From: Gekko japonicus
Taxonomy: Eukaryota
Assembly (NCBI RefSeq): GCF_001447785.1
Contig: NW_015175975.1
Location: forward strand, 129,420-193,419
Direction: 5' to 3'
Length of the DNA: 64,000 nucleotides
Position numbers and translations under genes: made by a program. Shown in pieces: positions 12,345 through 24,348 of this stretch. The notes beneath the pieces were generated by a model. The model had not been told where the DNA came from and made no database searches. It saw nothing but the letters and a program-made list of their open reading frames with translations. Each line of letters opens with the position of its first letter. Position 1 is the stretch's first letter.

Positions 12345-13870
12345 TTCAGTTCCCTGGGCTGGGCCAGCATCATTGTATATATATATTATATATATTGTGT
12401 TATTGGTTTGTATCAGCACTGTCTTTCCTTGAACCAGTAAGTTAAGAGCATAACACACAGCTCTAAATTCCAGTAGATTAATGTGCAGACCCTGTTCAAG
12501 AACAGACCACACACCGCTGATTGAGCAGGAACTGCAATTGGCACCCCAACCCCCCAACCCCCAGGAAGCATTTGCAGTGACAGTAAGGTCAGGGGAGGCA
12601 GCCCCAAATGCTACCCCTACCCGTAAGTTGAAGGAGCTAGACCACCAAGTCAGGGAGCAGAGAATTGGCCTGGGGATAGGATCTTATCCTTTGGTTTAGA
12701 TTCAGTGACAGCAGCTTGGATGTCCAGTGACTGCACCATATGGAGCATTCCTCCACATAAAGATGGAAGTCCTCATTAGACAAGTCAGGAGATGAATCCA
12801 ATAGAACTGCACCACTCACAATGGAGGTACAGTCATCAAATTCATATGGACAACAAGGAGGGTTCCGTTCTCAGTCTGGGTTCCAAGGGCGATCATCCTG
12901 GAACTGTTGGTCATGATCAGGTGTAATATGATCTAACCAGGCCCTCTCATATTCATAGTGATCCATGTATGGATCCGTCAATTGGCAGGAATGGGAGCAC
13001 ACCCAGTTGGTTCTGTTCCATAGGATGGACCCATGAAGGGTTCCCGTATGTCAGCCACTGATGGAGACCTGGATTGAGTCAGCTTTGGAGGTGAAGGCAT
13101 TCCAGGCTGTACATTCTTACATCCTGGAACAGGAGGTGAAAGGACCCCATTGTGAAGGTGGAGGAGACACCAACCGCTCATCTGAGGATTGTGATCTACA
13201 AACCTTATTTTGTGTTGTCGTCCTTCTTCTTCTTCTTCTTCAGGGGTGGTTCAGATGAAGAACAATCTGAAACTGAGGGTTCCAGCCCCACCGTCTTGCG
13301 GGCTGGAACAGAAGCAGGAACCAATGCCTCAGAATGCACAGATGGAGCCCTGGAGTGAAGTTGAACCAGATGGCCTGATGAGGCCACAGAAGGCTGAGAT
13401 ATCGAGGCAGACTGATAAGCTGCGGGGTGTGCTCAAGCCCTTTCCCAGAGGGAAGCTTTCAGGTGGGCCGCTCTGTCAGCCCTGGCCTTACTGGTGAATG
13501 TTTGGCAAATAGCACATCTCTCCACCACATGCTCTTCCTTGAGGCAGAGAAGGCATGGAGTGTGTTCATCCAAAGTCAGCATTCTTGTGGCACAGGACAA
13601 ACACTTTTTAAAATGAGACATCTTCCCTGAGGCAAAAGTAGCTGGGAGCTAGCAAACTGAACTCCTCTTCCAATGGTGGCAAAGAGAAGACTGAAGGGGT
13701 GTGTGGAGCCCTTCCCAGAGCACATGACTGTTTGGACAGGAAACAGTGGGCCAGCTCTGATTGAAGGGTGCCCCTTCCACACTGTTGTCATGCTGGATGA
13801 AAAATCTTCTGATGGCTGGCCTGCACAGTACCCATGTGGAACTGCACAGTCACAACAATGATGAAGAGAG
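12345..13870 (-). mobile_element. DIRS-like (tyrosine recombinase retrotransposon) relic
   Basis: Gag-like Cys/His N-terminus FKKCLSCATRMLTLDEHTPCLLCLKEEHVVERCAICQTF (13433-13621); RNase H motif WSVLEQGLHINLLEFRAVCYAL...VLIQTNNT (12303-12557 ORF); terminal segment GCAGTACCCATGTGGAACTGCACAG-like near 13830. Confidence 0.85.
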
Positions 13871-14366
13871 AGTTAAGCACTGACTGTGGACTGGGAAGGA
13901 GGCAAAAGGAGTGAGAGGATCAGAGAGGAGCCCCATTCAAGCCAAAAAGGGAAATTGCTTCTAGTTAAGATCAGTAATCCCTGCCCAATGAAAAGGGAGA
14001 TAGCTCTTAAAGAGGAGTAATCAGTGTAGGTCAGTGTATATAGAAGGATTTTGGGAACTTGGTTGTATGTTCCTGCCTTCCTGACTTTAAGAGTCAGTGG
14101 AACTCAGAAACCTATGCTTAAGTGTTCAAGTAGAAACTAAAAAGAAAGCATCTCTCAATACTTACTTGTTGGCAACAAATTATCTGAAGTTAGTGTGATT
14201 ACAAAGTTACCTTAGTTTTTAGTATTGGTTCACCTCATACATCCTACCCCTGATTCCACCTGACTTTTTCTCCTCTAAGTTAAACAAAACATTTTGCTTG
14301 TTTTGACCTTTCAAAGGCCTCTCGTGTGCCATTTCAGAAGTTGAGTATAGGAAGGTGATTTTGTCT

Positions 14367-15484
14367 CATAAGAACATAAGAGAAGCTAATGTTGGATCAG
14401 GCCAATGGCCCATCAAGTCCGACACTCTGTCACACAGTGGTCAAAAATACCAGGTGCCATCAGAAGGTCCATCAGTGGGGCCAGGACACTAGAAGCCCTC
14501 CCACTGTTCCCCCCCCCAGCACCAAGAATACAGTGCATCACCTGCCCCAGCCTGTGAGTTCCTATCTATACCTTGTGGCTAATAGCCACTGATGGACCTC
14601 TGCTCCATATGTTTATCCAGTTCCCTCTTGAAGCTGCCCAAGCTTGTAGCTGCCACCACCTCCTGTGGCAGTGAATGCCATGTGTTAATCACTCTTTGGG
14701 TGAAGAAGTACTTCCTTTTTTCTGTTCTAACCTGACTGCTCAGCAATTTCATGGAGTGCCCATGTATTGTGAGAAAGGGAGAAAAGTACTTCTTTCTCTA
14801 CCTGCTCTATCCCATGCATTATCTTATAAACCTCGATCATGTCACCCCTCAGCCATCGTTTCTCCAAGCTAAAGAGCCCCAAGCGTTTTAACCTTTCTTC
14901 ATACGGAAAGTGTTCCAACCCTTTTATCATTCTAGGCTGCGGTCACACGGAGCATTAGCCACGCTAAAGCAATGGAAGACAGGCGGAGTTTCCGGGCGCG
15001 ATCTCACCAGCACATCTGGGAAGCATAGCACTTCCGTGGCTCAACTGAGGCTTCCCGCCGAAAACACGCAGCAAAAAACTAGTACCTCGGAGGTACTAGT
15101 TTCCGGTAACTGCGGGGCAAGGGCAGGCGTCTGATCGCGTTTCCGGAGGCATCCGGCACCCGCCCATGTCCCCTTGCGAAAAAGTTTTTTCCCCCACATC
15201 TCTGTGGATGCGCACAAGCACCCAACGGAGCATGCGCAGTCGTAGTGTACACAAAAAAACCCATCCAGTTTGCCGCACCGTGCGCTTCTTTTTTGTGCAC
15301 GGAATTGTCTTGCGATCAGCACCTCTCCCTTCCCACGGTACCTCCACAGTACCTCAACGGGAGGTCTGATCTCTTTACCACGCGTTAGTTTGCCCCGGGG
15401 CAAACTGCCACACTCCCCCCCCCGCAGTTTCCTGCCCGTGTGACCGGGGCCTTAGTTGCCCTTTTCTGCACTTTTTCCAATTCC
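14367..15484 (-). mobile_element. CR1 LINE, 5'-truncated, interrupted by a MITE
   Basis: [25 protein letters not shown]...; CR1 sequence resumes at 15452 after the MITE. Confidence 0.95.
14935..15451. mobile_element. PIF/Harbinger-type MITE, ~515-bp family copy 1
   Basis: TIR GGCTGCGGTCACACGG / CCGTGTGACCGGGGCC; 3-bp flanks CTA/TTA inside CR1. Confidence 0.88.
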
Positions 15485-16496
15485 TTAAAGCGACTGGATG
15501 GGACAGCCATAGACAAACTAATAAGAAAATAAATATAGAGGCTGCTCAGCAAGAAAGAAGAAGAAGCAAAAAGGGAAAATCCTGCATGTGAGGAAGGGAA
15601 GAAGGTGAGATCATTGCAACAAACAATAAAATTAGTGAAACACTCTATGCAACATAACAATAAATGATCACTGGGGGATGATTAGATTTATCCAGCAACA
15701 AAATAGTGCCATTTGAGTACTGGGAGGAAGTTATTTTCTTTAGCAGGTACAAATTAGTTCTGAGAAACCTCAGTAACTAACAACTCCACTTTTATTGCTT
15801 CATTTTCTGCAACAGCCTCAGGATGGCCTCTTTTCTTTTCTGGCCTGGTACCTTGTATCTCTCAATAACAAAAACCAACTAATCTAGCCAATCTCTGTTA
15901 AAGTGAAGGTATAATAAATTTACCAAACCTCCTAGTCAGTTCCAGATTATATAAAGAGAAATCACAGTCCATTAAGGATGATCATGAAATTGTTAGAAAT
16001 ATTCTGGAAAATAATTAGAAAGTCTTCCCAGTATTTTCTATATTTTCCTCTATACTGCTTCCAGAGAGAACCTTGGGAAAAAATATAACCACATTGTTTG
16101 CAGAGATCTCTGCATTGACTGCCAGTTTTTCTCTGAATAACCCTGACTAAGGTTACAATCCTATGCATGCTGATATGGGAGAAGATCCACTGAAATCAGT
16201 AGAACTTCTAAGTAAACAATCAGAGGACTTGCCTAAATGGAAGCAAATGAAATCTTTGCCCCTCCATTCTAAAATTCAGTTTCATACATAGGTGGCTCAA
16301 AAACAAAATAAATATAGTGGGGGACAATACAGATTACGAGTTGGAGCAAATTGTGCCTTGCATATTACATATATTTTCAAGCAGAAAAAAAGTGCTTTGG
16401 CACATCATGTAGCTATGTAATATCTGTGTGGGTGCACTCTGATCCTGTGCAGTTTTATTTTTAGAAGTCTGTCCCACATCCCTACAACTTCATTTC

Positions 16497-16647
16497 ACCT
16501 GCGGTCACACACACTAATTAATCCACTTTCAATCCACTTTCAATGCACTTTCCAAGTGGATTTTGACAGTTCGCACAGTAAAATCCAGTTCAAAAGTGCA
16601 CTGAAAGTGGATTCAAAGTAGATTATTTAGTGTGCGTGACCACAGCC
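16497..16647. mobile_element. Short palindromic Harbinger-type MITE
   Basis: Whole element is an imperfect inverted repeat; TIR CTGCGGTCACAC / GCGTGACCACAGCC; TTC flanks on both sides. Confidence 0.8.
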
Positions 16648-17309
16648 TTCTTGTGGTTTCTTCATTTATCTTTACAGATATGTTTGTGTATACTTTTGTA
16701 AGATTTCAAGCAGTAAAAACCCTAAAAGAAAACAAAAATAATCCTCTTTGCCTGCTGCACTACCTGACATGAAAATGGCAGCAACATTTGAACCTAACAT
16801 GGCAGGGGATATTTGTAAGATTAAAACTGAACTATCTATACTTTCTCACTGACCCAGCTGAGCTCTGAGAAGCAGCAGGAGACAGAGGGGTTAGTGTTTT
16901 TTATTTGCTTTCAGCTGAGGTGATTTAGCTGAAGATACTGTGCAGGAGGACTATGATTGGGAGTGTGTGGGTGAGTTTTGAGTTGTTGCAGAGTCCTGGC
17001 TACTTGAGATAGAGAGATTGTTTGACTGTAATTGGATTGCTTGGGTAAATTTGAATAGCTGCTGGCTCCGCCCTCTGCTGGGGGATGCTTCTATTTAAGG
17101 CAGCACCTCACCAGAGGCATGAGCCAAAGGGCTCTTGGCCTGTGGCTCTTAACCTAGGGACTCTGTAAGAATCCCAGGAGAGCCAGAAAACCAGGGCCCT
17201 AGTTTCGTTGTGTTTCCAGTAAGGTAAGTAGACTTCTACAAGGAGAACCACATAAATATAAAGGATTTTAAAAGGGGGATTATATATACTTATTATTTTA
17301 AAAGCAATT

Positions 17310-18186
17310 ATGAAGTCAGAATGCCAGCAGGGGGTTGTGGACTCTCCAGTGTTTTGCACGAAGTGTCACATGTATGACTATCTGCCCACTGGAAAGAAGT
17401 CTTGGGTGTGTGCCCGGTGCAAGGAGCTCCTGGTTCTCATGAAATGAGTTTGTTCCCTTGAGGCCAAGGTGGCAGACCTGGAGAAGCAGGGACAGTCAGT
17501 TAGGCGCATGGAGAAGATCCTCAGGGACTTGTTAGATATGTCCCACTCTGAATATGGCAGCCCCACCACTGTCAGGGAGCATGAGGTTTGAGAGGAAGTA
17601 GGGCACTGTGCTGAGGATAAGGGGAATGTGCCCTCAGAAGGGACCTCTTCTTCAGCTGGTGAACAGGTATTCTTTTGCACCAAGGAACCATCCCTTGGCA
17701 GGGAGGGAGGGGAGCTCTTGGTAGTTGGTGATTCGATCATTTGGCAGGTAGACAGCGGGGTGGCGAATCTGCATACCGACCGTATGGTGACTTGCCTGCC
17801 TGGTGCGAAGGAGCAGACATTACGCGTGTTCTAGATAGGCTGGTAGATAGTGCTGGGGAGGAGCCAGTGGTCATGGTACATGTTGGCACCAACGATGTGG
17901 GGAAATGCAGTTGTTAGGTCCTGGAGGAGAAATTTAGGCTGCTAGGCAGGAAACTCAAGGCCAGAACCTCCAAAGTAGCCTTTTCAGAAGTGCTACCTGT
18001 TCCACGCACATGGCCAGAGAGACATGCACAGATCAAAAGTCTCAATGCATGAATGAGACAATGGTGTAGGGGGAAAGGGTTCAAGTTTGTTAGGCTCTGG
18101 GATGCTTTTTGAAACAAGAGGAAGCTGTACAAAAGAGACGGTCTCCACTTGTCCCGAGAAGGAACCAGGGTGTTGGCACTTAAAAT
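17310..18186 (+). pseudogene. CR1 ORF1 (zinc finger + SGNH/GDSL esterase), disrupted
   Basis: PVFCTKCHMYDYLPTGKKSWVCARCKEL; LLVVGDSII; TCLPGAK; VHVGTND; RDGLHLSREG; in-frame stops. Confidence 0.88.
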
Positions 18187-19616
18187 AGTGGGCCCAAAAG
18201 GAAGCTTAACATTGGGAGTTTGTTATCGCCCACCAGATCAAAAGATAGAGGAGGATTATAAAATGATGAATGAATTAAAGATAGCGGCTAGATGAAAAAA
18301 CTGTGTCATAATAGGTGATTTTAACTACCCACACATTGATTGGGTCAATATGTGTGCAAGTCGGGAAAAAGAGATTGAGTTTCTGGACACTCTCAATGAC
18401 TGTGCTATGGAGCAGATGGTCACAGAACCTACCAGGGGAGAGGCGATCATGGATTTGGTCCTAAGTAATGCCCAAGACCTGGTGAGAGATGTAAAAGTGA
18501 TTGCACCGCTTGGGAACAGTGACCATAATGTTACTGAGTTCAACATTTGTATAAATAGAGAGTTGCCCAAAAAGACTGACACAACCACTCTTAAATGTAA
18601 AAGGGGTAAATTCTCTGATATGAATGGACATGTGTGGAAAAAACTGAAAGGAAAAGAAAGGATCAAAAACTGGCTAATTAATAGAAAACAGAGAGTGAGT
18701 ATAAATGGGCAGTCCTCTCAGTGGAGGGGGGTAAGCAGTGGGGTACCACAGGGATCAGTTATTGATCCACTGCTTTTTAACTTGTTCATTAATGATTTGG
18801 AGTTGGGAGTAAGCCGTGAAGTGGCTAAATTTGCGGATGATACGAAGTTGTTCAGGGTGGTGAAAACCAGTGAGGATTGTGAGGCACTCCAAAGGGATCT
18901 GTCAAAGATGGGCAAGTGGGCGTCAACATGGCAAATGGGGTTCAATGTGGCCAAGTGCAAGGTGATGCACATTGGAGCCAAAAATCCTAAATATAAATAC
19001 ACATTGATGGGGTCTGAACTGGCAGAGACTGATCAAGAGAGAGATCTTGGCGTTGTAGTAGATAACTCACTGAAAATGTTGAGACAGTGTGTGACTGCAA
19101 TAAAGAAGGGTATTGAAAACAGATCAGCTAATATCATAATGCCCCTATATAAATCAATGGTGCGACCTCATTTGGAATACTGTGTGCAATTCTGGTCACC
19201 ACACCTTAAAAAGGATATTATAGCTTTGGAAAAAGTGCAGAAAAAGGGCAACTCGAATGATAAAAGGGTTGGAACACTTTCCCTATGAGGAAAGGTTAAG
19301 GCGCTTAGGGCTCTTTAGCCTGGAGAAACGACGACTGAGGTGTGACATGATCGAGGTTTATAAGATTATGCATGGGAAAGAGCAGGTAGAGAAAGAGGTA
19401 CTTTTCTCCCTTTCTCACAATACAAGAACTCATGGGCACTCCATGAAATTGCTGAGCGGTCAGGTTAGAACAGATAAAAGGAAGTACTTCTTCACCCAAA
19501 GAGTGATTAACACTTGGAATTCACTGCCACAGGAAGTGGTGGTGGCTACAAGCATGGACGGCTTCAAAAGGGAATTAGATAAGCTTATGGAGCAGAGGTC
19601 CATCAGTGGCTATTAG
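18187..19616 (+). pseudogene. CR1 ORF2 (APE endonuclease fused by deletion to the RT C-terminal half)
   Basis: GVCYRPP, GDFNYPHIDW, EPTRGEAIMDLVL, LGNSDHN; GVPQGSV, KFADDTKL, YKSMVRPHLEYCVQFWSP; frameshift near 19240. Confidence 0.92.
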
Positions 19617-19816
19617 CCACAAGGTATAGATAGGGACTCTGGGGCAAGGGATGCTCTGTCTTCTTGGTGCTTGGGGGGGGCAACAGTGGGAGGGCTTCTA
19701 ATGTCCTGGCCCCACTGGTGGACCTCCTGGTGGTATTTCTGGCCACTGTGTGATACAGAGTGCTGGATGAATGGGCCTTTGGCCAGATCCAACATTGGCA
19801 TCTCTTATGTTCTTAT

Positions 19817-19999
19817 GATGCTCTGTATTCTTGGTTCTTGCGGTGGGGGGCAATAGTCGGAGAGCTTCTAGTGTCCTGGCCCCACTGCTGGATCTCCTGA
19901 TGGCACCTGGTATTTTTGGCCACTGTGTGACAGAGTGTTGGACTAGATGGGCCATTGGCCTGATCCAACATTTGCTTCTCTTATGTTCTTATGTTCTTA
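19817..19999 (+). mobile_element. Second CR1 3'UTR in tandem
   Basis: Repeat of the last ~180 bp of the 3'UTR with its own TTCTTATG tail; diverged from the adjacent copy. Confidence 0.85.
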
Positions 20000-20258
20000 A
20001 ATGTCTCAAGACACCAGAAAGCTATGATAAATCAGAAGAGTTTTGTTATCTAAGCTTGCCAAAATAAAGTGCCCACAGAAACAGAATGGATCACTACTGT
20101 GGAAAATAAAATTATTGATCTAGAAGAGAATTCTATTTAAACTACATTTTTAATTCAGGCAGGCTAGTCAGTTTGGTAGCCAAGCTGTCTTTCAGAAAGC
20201 TTTTGCCCTCCTTCCACTTTTGCTACATATGAAGCCATTAATATATTTCTGATTCATT

Positions 20259-20420
20259 GGCCACGATCACCCACACTAAACAATCCACTTTCAATTCACT
20301 TTCAATGTACTTTCCAACTGGATTTGGCCATTTCACACAGCAAAATCCAGTTGGAAAGTGCATTGAAAGTGGATTGAAAGTGGATTGAAAGTGGATTGTT
20401 TAGTGTGGGTGATCACAGCC
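20259..20420. mobile_element. Short palindromic Harbinger-type MITE
   Basis: GGCCACGATCACCCACACTAAACAATCCACTTTCAA ... TTGAAAGTGGATTGTTTAGTGTGGGTGATCACAGCC; same family as 16497. Confidence 0.85.
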
Positions 20421-20500
20421 AGAGATAGGAAACTATTTACTTGTTAATATCTCTTTAATCTATCCTTTTCTCTATCTGCCTGTCAATTCATAGTGTAGTG

Positions 20501-20866
20501 CAGGGATCCCCAACGTGGTGCATGTGAGCACCATAGCACCCAATGACACCTTTCCTGGCACCTACCAAGCGTTTTAGGGAGTGGGTGTGGCCAGGTGGGA
20601 CAGCTGTCCAGCACATCTTCTGATTGGCTGTGCAAATTAAATAATGTTGTTATGGTGACGGCTGCCACCACCACAAAGTTTCTCTGTTCTCTGTCTTACT
20701 CCTCTTTCCCAGGGCATTTTTAAAATTTCCACTTCTTGTCTCCTGCTTTGGAGCTTCTTTTGTGTGGGGCTCCACCTCTCATTGTGGCCATTTTGAGGTT
20801 ATGCTCATCACCTTGTATCAAAATGTCAGTGGTACCCACAGGCTAAAAAAAAGTCTGGCGACCCTT
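20501..20866. mobile_element. Old hAT-like non-autonomous element
   Basis: Left end CAGGGATCCCCAAC, degenerate right end TGGCGACCC; no clear TSD. Confidence 0.45.
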
Positions 20867-20869
20867 CAT

Positions 20870-21080
20870 GAAGTGATTAAAGTGTCAGTCTAGGATGGAT
20901 CTGAGAGACCCAGATTTGATTCTACCCTCTGCCATGGAAGCTCACTGGGTAACTTTGGGGCAGTTGCTCTCAAACTAGCTTACCTCACAGTGTTGTTGTA
21001 GACAATAAAATGGAGGAGGGGAGAACACTGCTGCCACTTTTGATCCCACACTGGGGAGAGAAACAGGGTGTTTATTTTCT
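20870..21080 (+). mobile_element. tRNA/MIR-like SINE (Squam3-like)
   Basis: GCCATGGAAGCTCACTGGGTAACTTTGGG...TACCTCACAGTGTTGTTGT...ATAAAATGGAGGAGGGGAG. Confidence 0.75.
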
Positions 21081-22269
21081 AAATTAAACAACATCTGTAC
21101 AGTACCAACACTGTAAACAGTCTTGCTAAAAATCAACCTGTATGGCTTATGCGTAATAAAACTACTGAACAGAATGTAACCTATGTAATTAAATCCATTG
21201 ATTTTGAAAGGCTAAGATGAGGGAGTGGGACTAGTCAGCAGTTATATGGGTTTTTTTTCTAGAAACTGTCTCATACTCAAGTTAATCCTCAGATAATATT
21301 GCAGTTCTCTTGAAAATTGAATTTTGTGTATCCATGGGAACAAGAACAGAGAGAAAAATTAAACCTTCTGAGACAATATGTTGGGATGGCCTTTATTTTG
21401 ACAGGGCTAACAGTGATAAGAAGCAATGAGAAAGTGCAACAAAACAAGAAAAGCAGCAGCATCTTAGGGGGTTCATATTTTACTTTAGCATTCAAGAATC
21501 ACAAAGGATTTAGGTGTTTGACTTCCACTCTTTTTAGCAACTGATGGTCTCGGGGGGAGAGTTATTGTTATGGACAGAAATAAAGAGTTAACTTTGAAAG
21601 AACTGACAGCATTAAACCCACACATTTATTTTCTCATCCCTCAACTTGCTAAATGAGGAAATAGACAAATGCCAAATTCTTTTTTCAGGGGGTATTTTTT
21701 TAAATGAGGTATGAGTTATGCCCTCTCGGAGTAAAATGGAAGAGGCACTACCTATAAGTATCAACACTTCAGAGTCCCAGCTCCTAGCCAAGATCTGTTG
21801 ACAAGAAAGAGGAATGCTATGGGAGAGGAAGGATTGTGTTCTCCCAAAGTACTCTGTAAGATCCATTCACAGGAACATAGTCTCACAATACTGGAGACAG
21901 GAATGAGCAATAAACAGATATATGACAAGAAGAGGCCAAGAGCAACCCTTGGCATGACAGCCTGGCTGATACCATGAGAAGAAAAGAGACCTGATTTGGA
22001 GGGTGTATTACAAACCCTCAAACTTTAAAAAAGAGGCAACACATTCCCCTGGTCAACCAGTTATTGGGGTGTGCATTTCTGCTTAATCTATGAAGGGCCT
22101 AGAGGGGAGGAAATGTTGAGGACATGAGGTCTGTTTACACATTCTTCTGGAAGTACCCTCAAAACCATGTGAAATGAAATATGTTCATGACTTCTTGTGC
22201 AATTTGCTGTATATAATAAAGCTCCAGAATGTGTACAGTTATTCAGGTATCAGAGAGTATACAGTAGTG

Positions 22270-22469
22270 GAAACTGCTGTCAAGTCACAGCTGATTTATG
22301 GTGACCCCCTTAGGGTTTTCAAGACAAGCCATTGCCTGCCTCTGCGTCATGAGTATTCCTTGGAGGTCTCTCATCTAAATACTAGCCAGAGCCAACCTGC
22401 ACAGCACTGTTCCACTTAGCTTCTGAGATCTGATGAGAGTGAGCTAGTCTGAGCTCTCCAGATCAGGGC
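22270..22469 (-). mobile_element. 5S rRNA-headed SINE with RTE/Bov-B-type tail
   Basis: 22352-22450 aligns to the reverse complement of 5S rRNA (GTATTCC..GGAGGTCTCTCATCTAAATACTAGCCAG...TTAGCTTCTGAGATCTGATGAG); tail GCAGAGGCAGGCAATGG...CTGTGACTTGACAG. Confidence 0.8.
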
Positions 22470-22908
22470 AATATACAGTAGCAAGGAAATTCAACTCCAG
22501 TATTTTAGGTACATTTGCAAATACCTTCCTGTGTGCAAATGAGAGGCGTTGCTCCATGTTTGGGAATATACTGTACTATCCTTTTGCTATTGTACTCTAG
22601 TCATCCTGAAAAACATTCCTGTAGCAAGAGTGTTTTATATAGATACATCTGAAATAATAAGCTGGTGATATTTGCAGCAGAAATTTCCAAAAAAACACAC
22701 AAGTACCCCAATCCAAAGCAAATTAATTGTTCTCAAATCCTATTGAAAATAATAAGAAAAATTAGTCACCACTATCTTGAACCTGATGGAATCTTTGTGA
22801 GATTGCCTGTTTTGTGATTGCAGCCAAGAATTCTGAAGACATAACAGGTACAGGAGACACTGGAATTATGTAAGTCTCTCCAGATAGCTTTAAATCTCTC
22901 TTGTCTTC

Positions 22909-23122
22909 CATGAACACATGAAACTGCCCTATACTGAATCAGACTCATGGTCCAACAAAGTCAGTATTGTCTACTCAGACTGGCAGTAGCTCTCCAGGGT
23001 CTCTAGCAGAGATCTTTCACATCACCTACTGCCAGATCTTTTAACAGGAGATACTGGGGATTGTACCTGGGACCTTCTGCATGCCAAGCAGATGCTCTGC
23101 TACTGAGCCACAGCCCCTCCCC
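22909..23122 (-). mobile_element. tRNA-derived SINE (Squam2-like)
   Basis: Minus strand GGGGAGGGGCTGTGGCTCAGTAGCAGAGCATCTGCTTGGCATGCAGAAGGTCCCAGGTAC (A and B boxes). Confidence 0.85.
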
Positions 23123-23854
23123 TCCATCTTCAAAAGCACTTTGTCCCAGTAAGCCCACAAACTACTCATGAGTCACTGTTGGGTCACATTTTACATGCAG
23201 AGAATCAGGGAAGCTTGACTGAAATGACATCATATTGCGAAAAGGAATTCCTGTCAAACGTCCAGAGGGGAAAATGTTATCCCATGCCTACAGGAAATTC
23301 TCAAAAACCCCAAGGTCAGCAGGCATGTAAGCAAGAAAATGAGTGTAACATTTCATTACAGTTCACACTCAAATCTCTGGAACACTGTTTTTCTGTAGGC
23401 TAAAACATCCACTTCCTTCAGTGTTTCCCGCTGGAATAGTTTGACTAATTTTGACTCTTTTACAACTATCATAGATGGTATCTAAATTAAAACTGTCGGT
23501 AAATTCTGCCTAAAATGGAATTTGGGTTAAGATTGGGGGTTCCATTATTGTAGAATATTATTTCAAAATTTTAAGGAGACTTACCTGAAATTCCTTTTTG
23601 TGGCAATCACGTCTCTACTACGTATGGTGTGTTACTCTGCTACTGCTTTCTGAGTCATACCTATCTTTTCTCATTTCCATCTCCCCACTTCCTTTGAAAC
23701 TGAGTAGTAAAAGCAGCATATTTTATTTGCTGCATTCATTATGTCTGCAGACATTTCTGTAACTATGCAAGTCATTCTCTGAAGCTTGCGTGTATATTGT
23801 ATCTGCTACTGCCAGGCCACAGGTGAGTCGATAAGGTTGGCAAGGTCTGCATAG

Positions 23855-24050
23855 CTGAACATATGATGGTGCCTTATACGAAGTCAGAGACCATTTTTCT
23901 ATCAAAGGCAATATTGTCTGCTTTGACTGGCAGTCTTAGGTCAAGATCTTTCATATCGCCTGATCAGGATCTTTTCCACTGCAGATGTTGGGGACTGGAT
24001 GTGGGACCTTCTGCATTCAAAGCAATGTTCTATCACTGAGCCTTAGCCCA
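23855..24050 (-). mobile_element. tRNA-derived SINE (Squam2-like), degraded
   Basis: Parallels 22909-23122. Confidence 0.65.
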
Positions 24051-24281
24051 CTCAGATACAGAAGGCTCTACCAGGAATTAATGATCCCATTAATGATGGG
24101 AAGGGGCACTAGAAATGGGCTGTGGCCACTGCTCAGATTATATCCACTTTATATCAACAAGGCATTGTCTGCCTTGCAGTGATGGACAACACATACATAA
24201 GCCCTTGTCATCCTGTATTGTCACAGCAGTAGCTAGTGAGGTGCACCACTATACCAGCTCAATGAAAATGATATTCCAGTA

Positions 24282-24348
24282 TTGTTGTTGTTCAGTCACA
24301 CAGTCAAGTCCAACTCTTCACGACCCCATGGACCACATCACACCAGGC
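24282..24348 (-). mobile_element. RTE/Bov-B 3' tail fragment
   Basis: (TTG)n TTCAGTCACACAGTCAAGTCCAACTCTTCACGACCCCATGGAC. Confidence 0.7.

Larger units (their letters stand above)
16850..19816 (+). mobile_element. Near full-span CR1 LINE with large internal deletions
   Basis: Probable 5'UTR (start approximate), ORF1, endonuclease, RT, 3'UTR and TTCTTATG tail in order. Confidence 0.9.

Noticed and set aside
13375-13420. CTGATGA-GGCC-ACAGAA-GGCT-GAGA resembling a hammerhead core
   Set aside because: GAGA instead of GAAA, no NUH or stem I closure, and it lies antisense within DIRS gag; likely chance
16515-16625. Short regular repeats resembling a CRISPR or iteron array
   Set aside because: No unique spacers; vertebrate MITE internal repeats
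22352-22450. 5S rRNA gene
   Set aside because: Diverged, interrupted and fused to a SINE tail; SINE head, not a functional rRNA
23585-23699. Minus-strand exon-like segment with CAG|GTAAG donor
   Set aside because: Stops in all three frames; cannot be coding, and no evidence for a lncRNA
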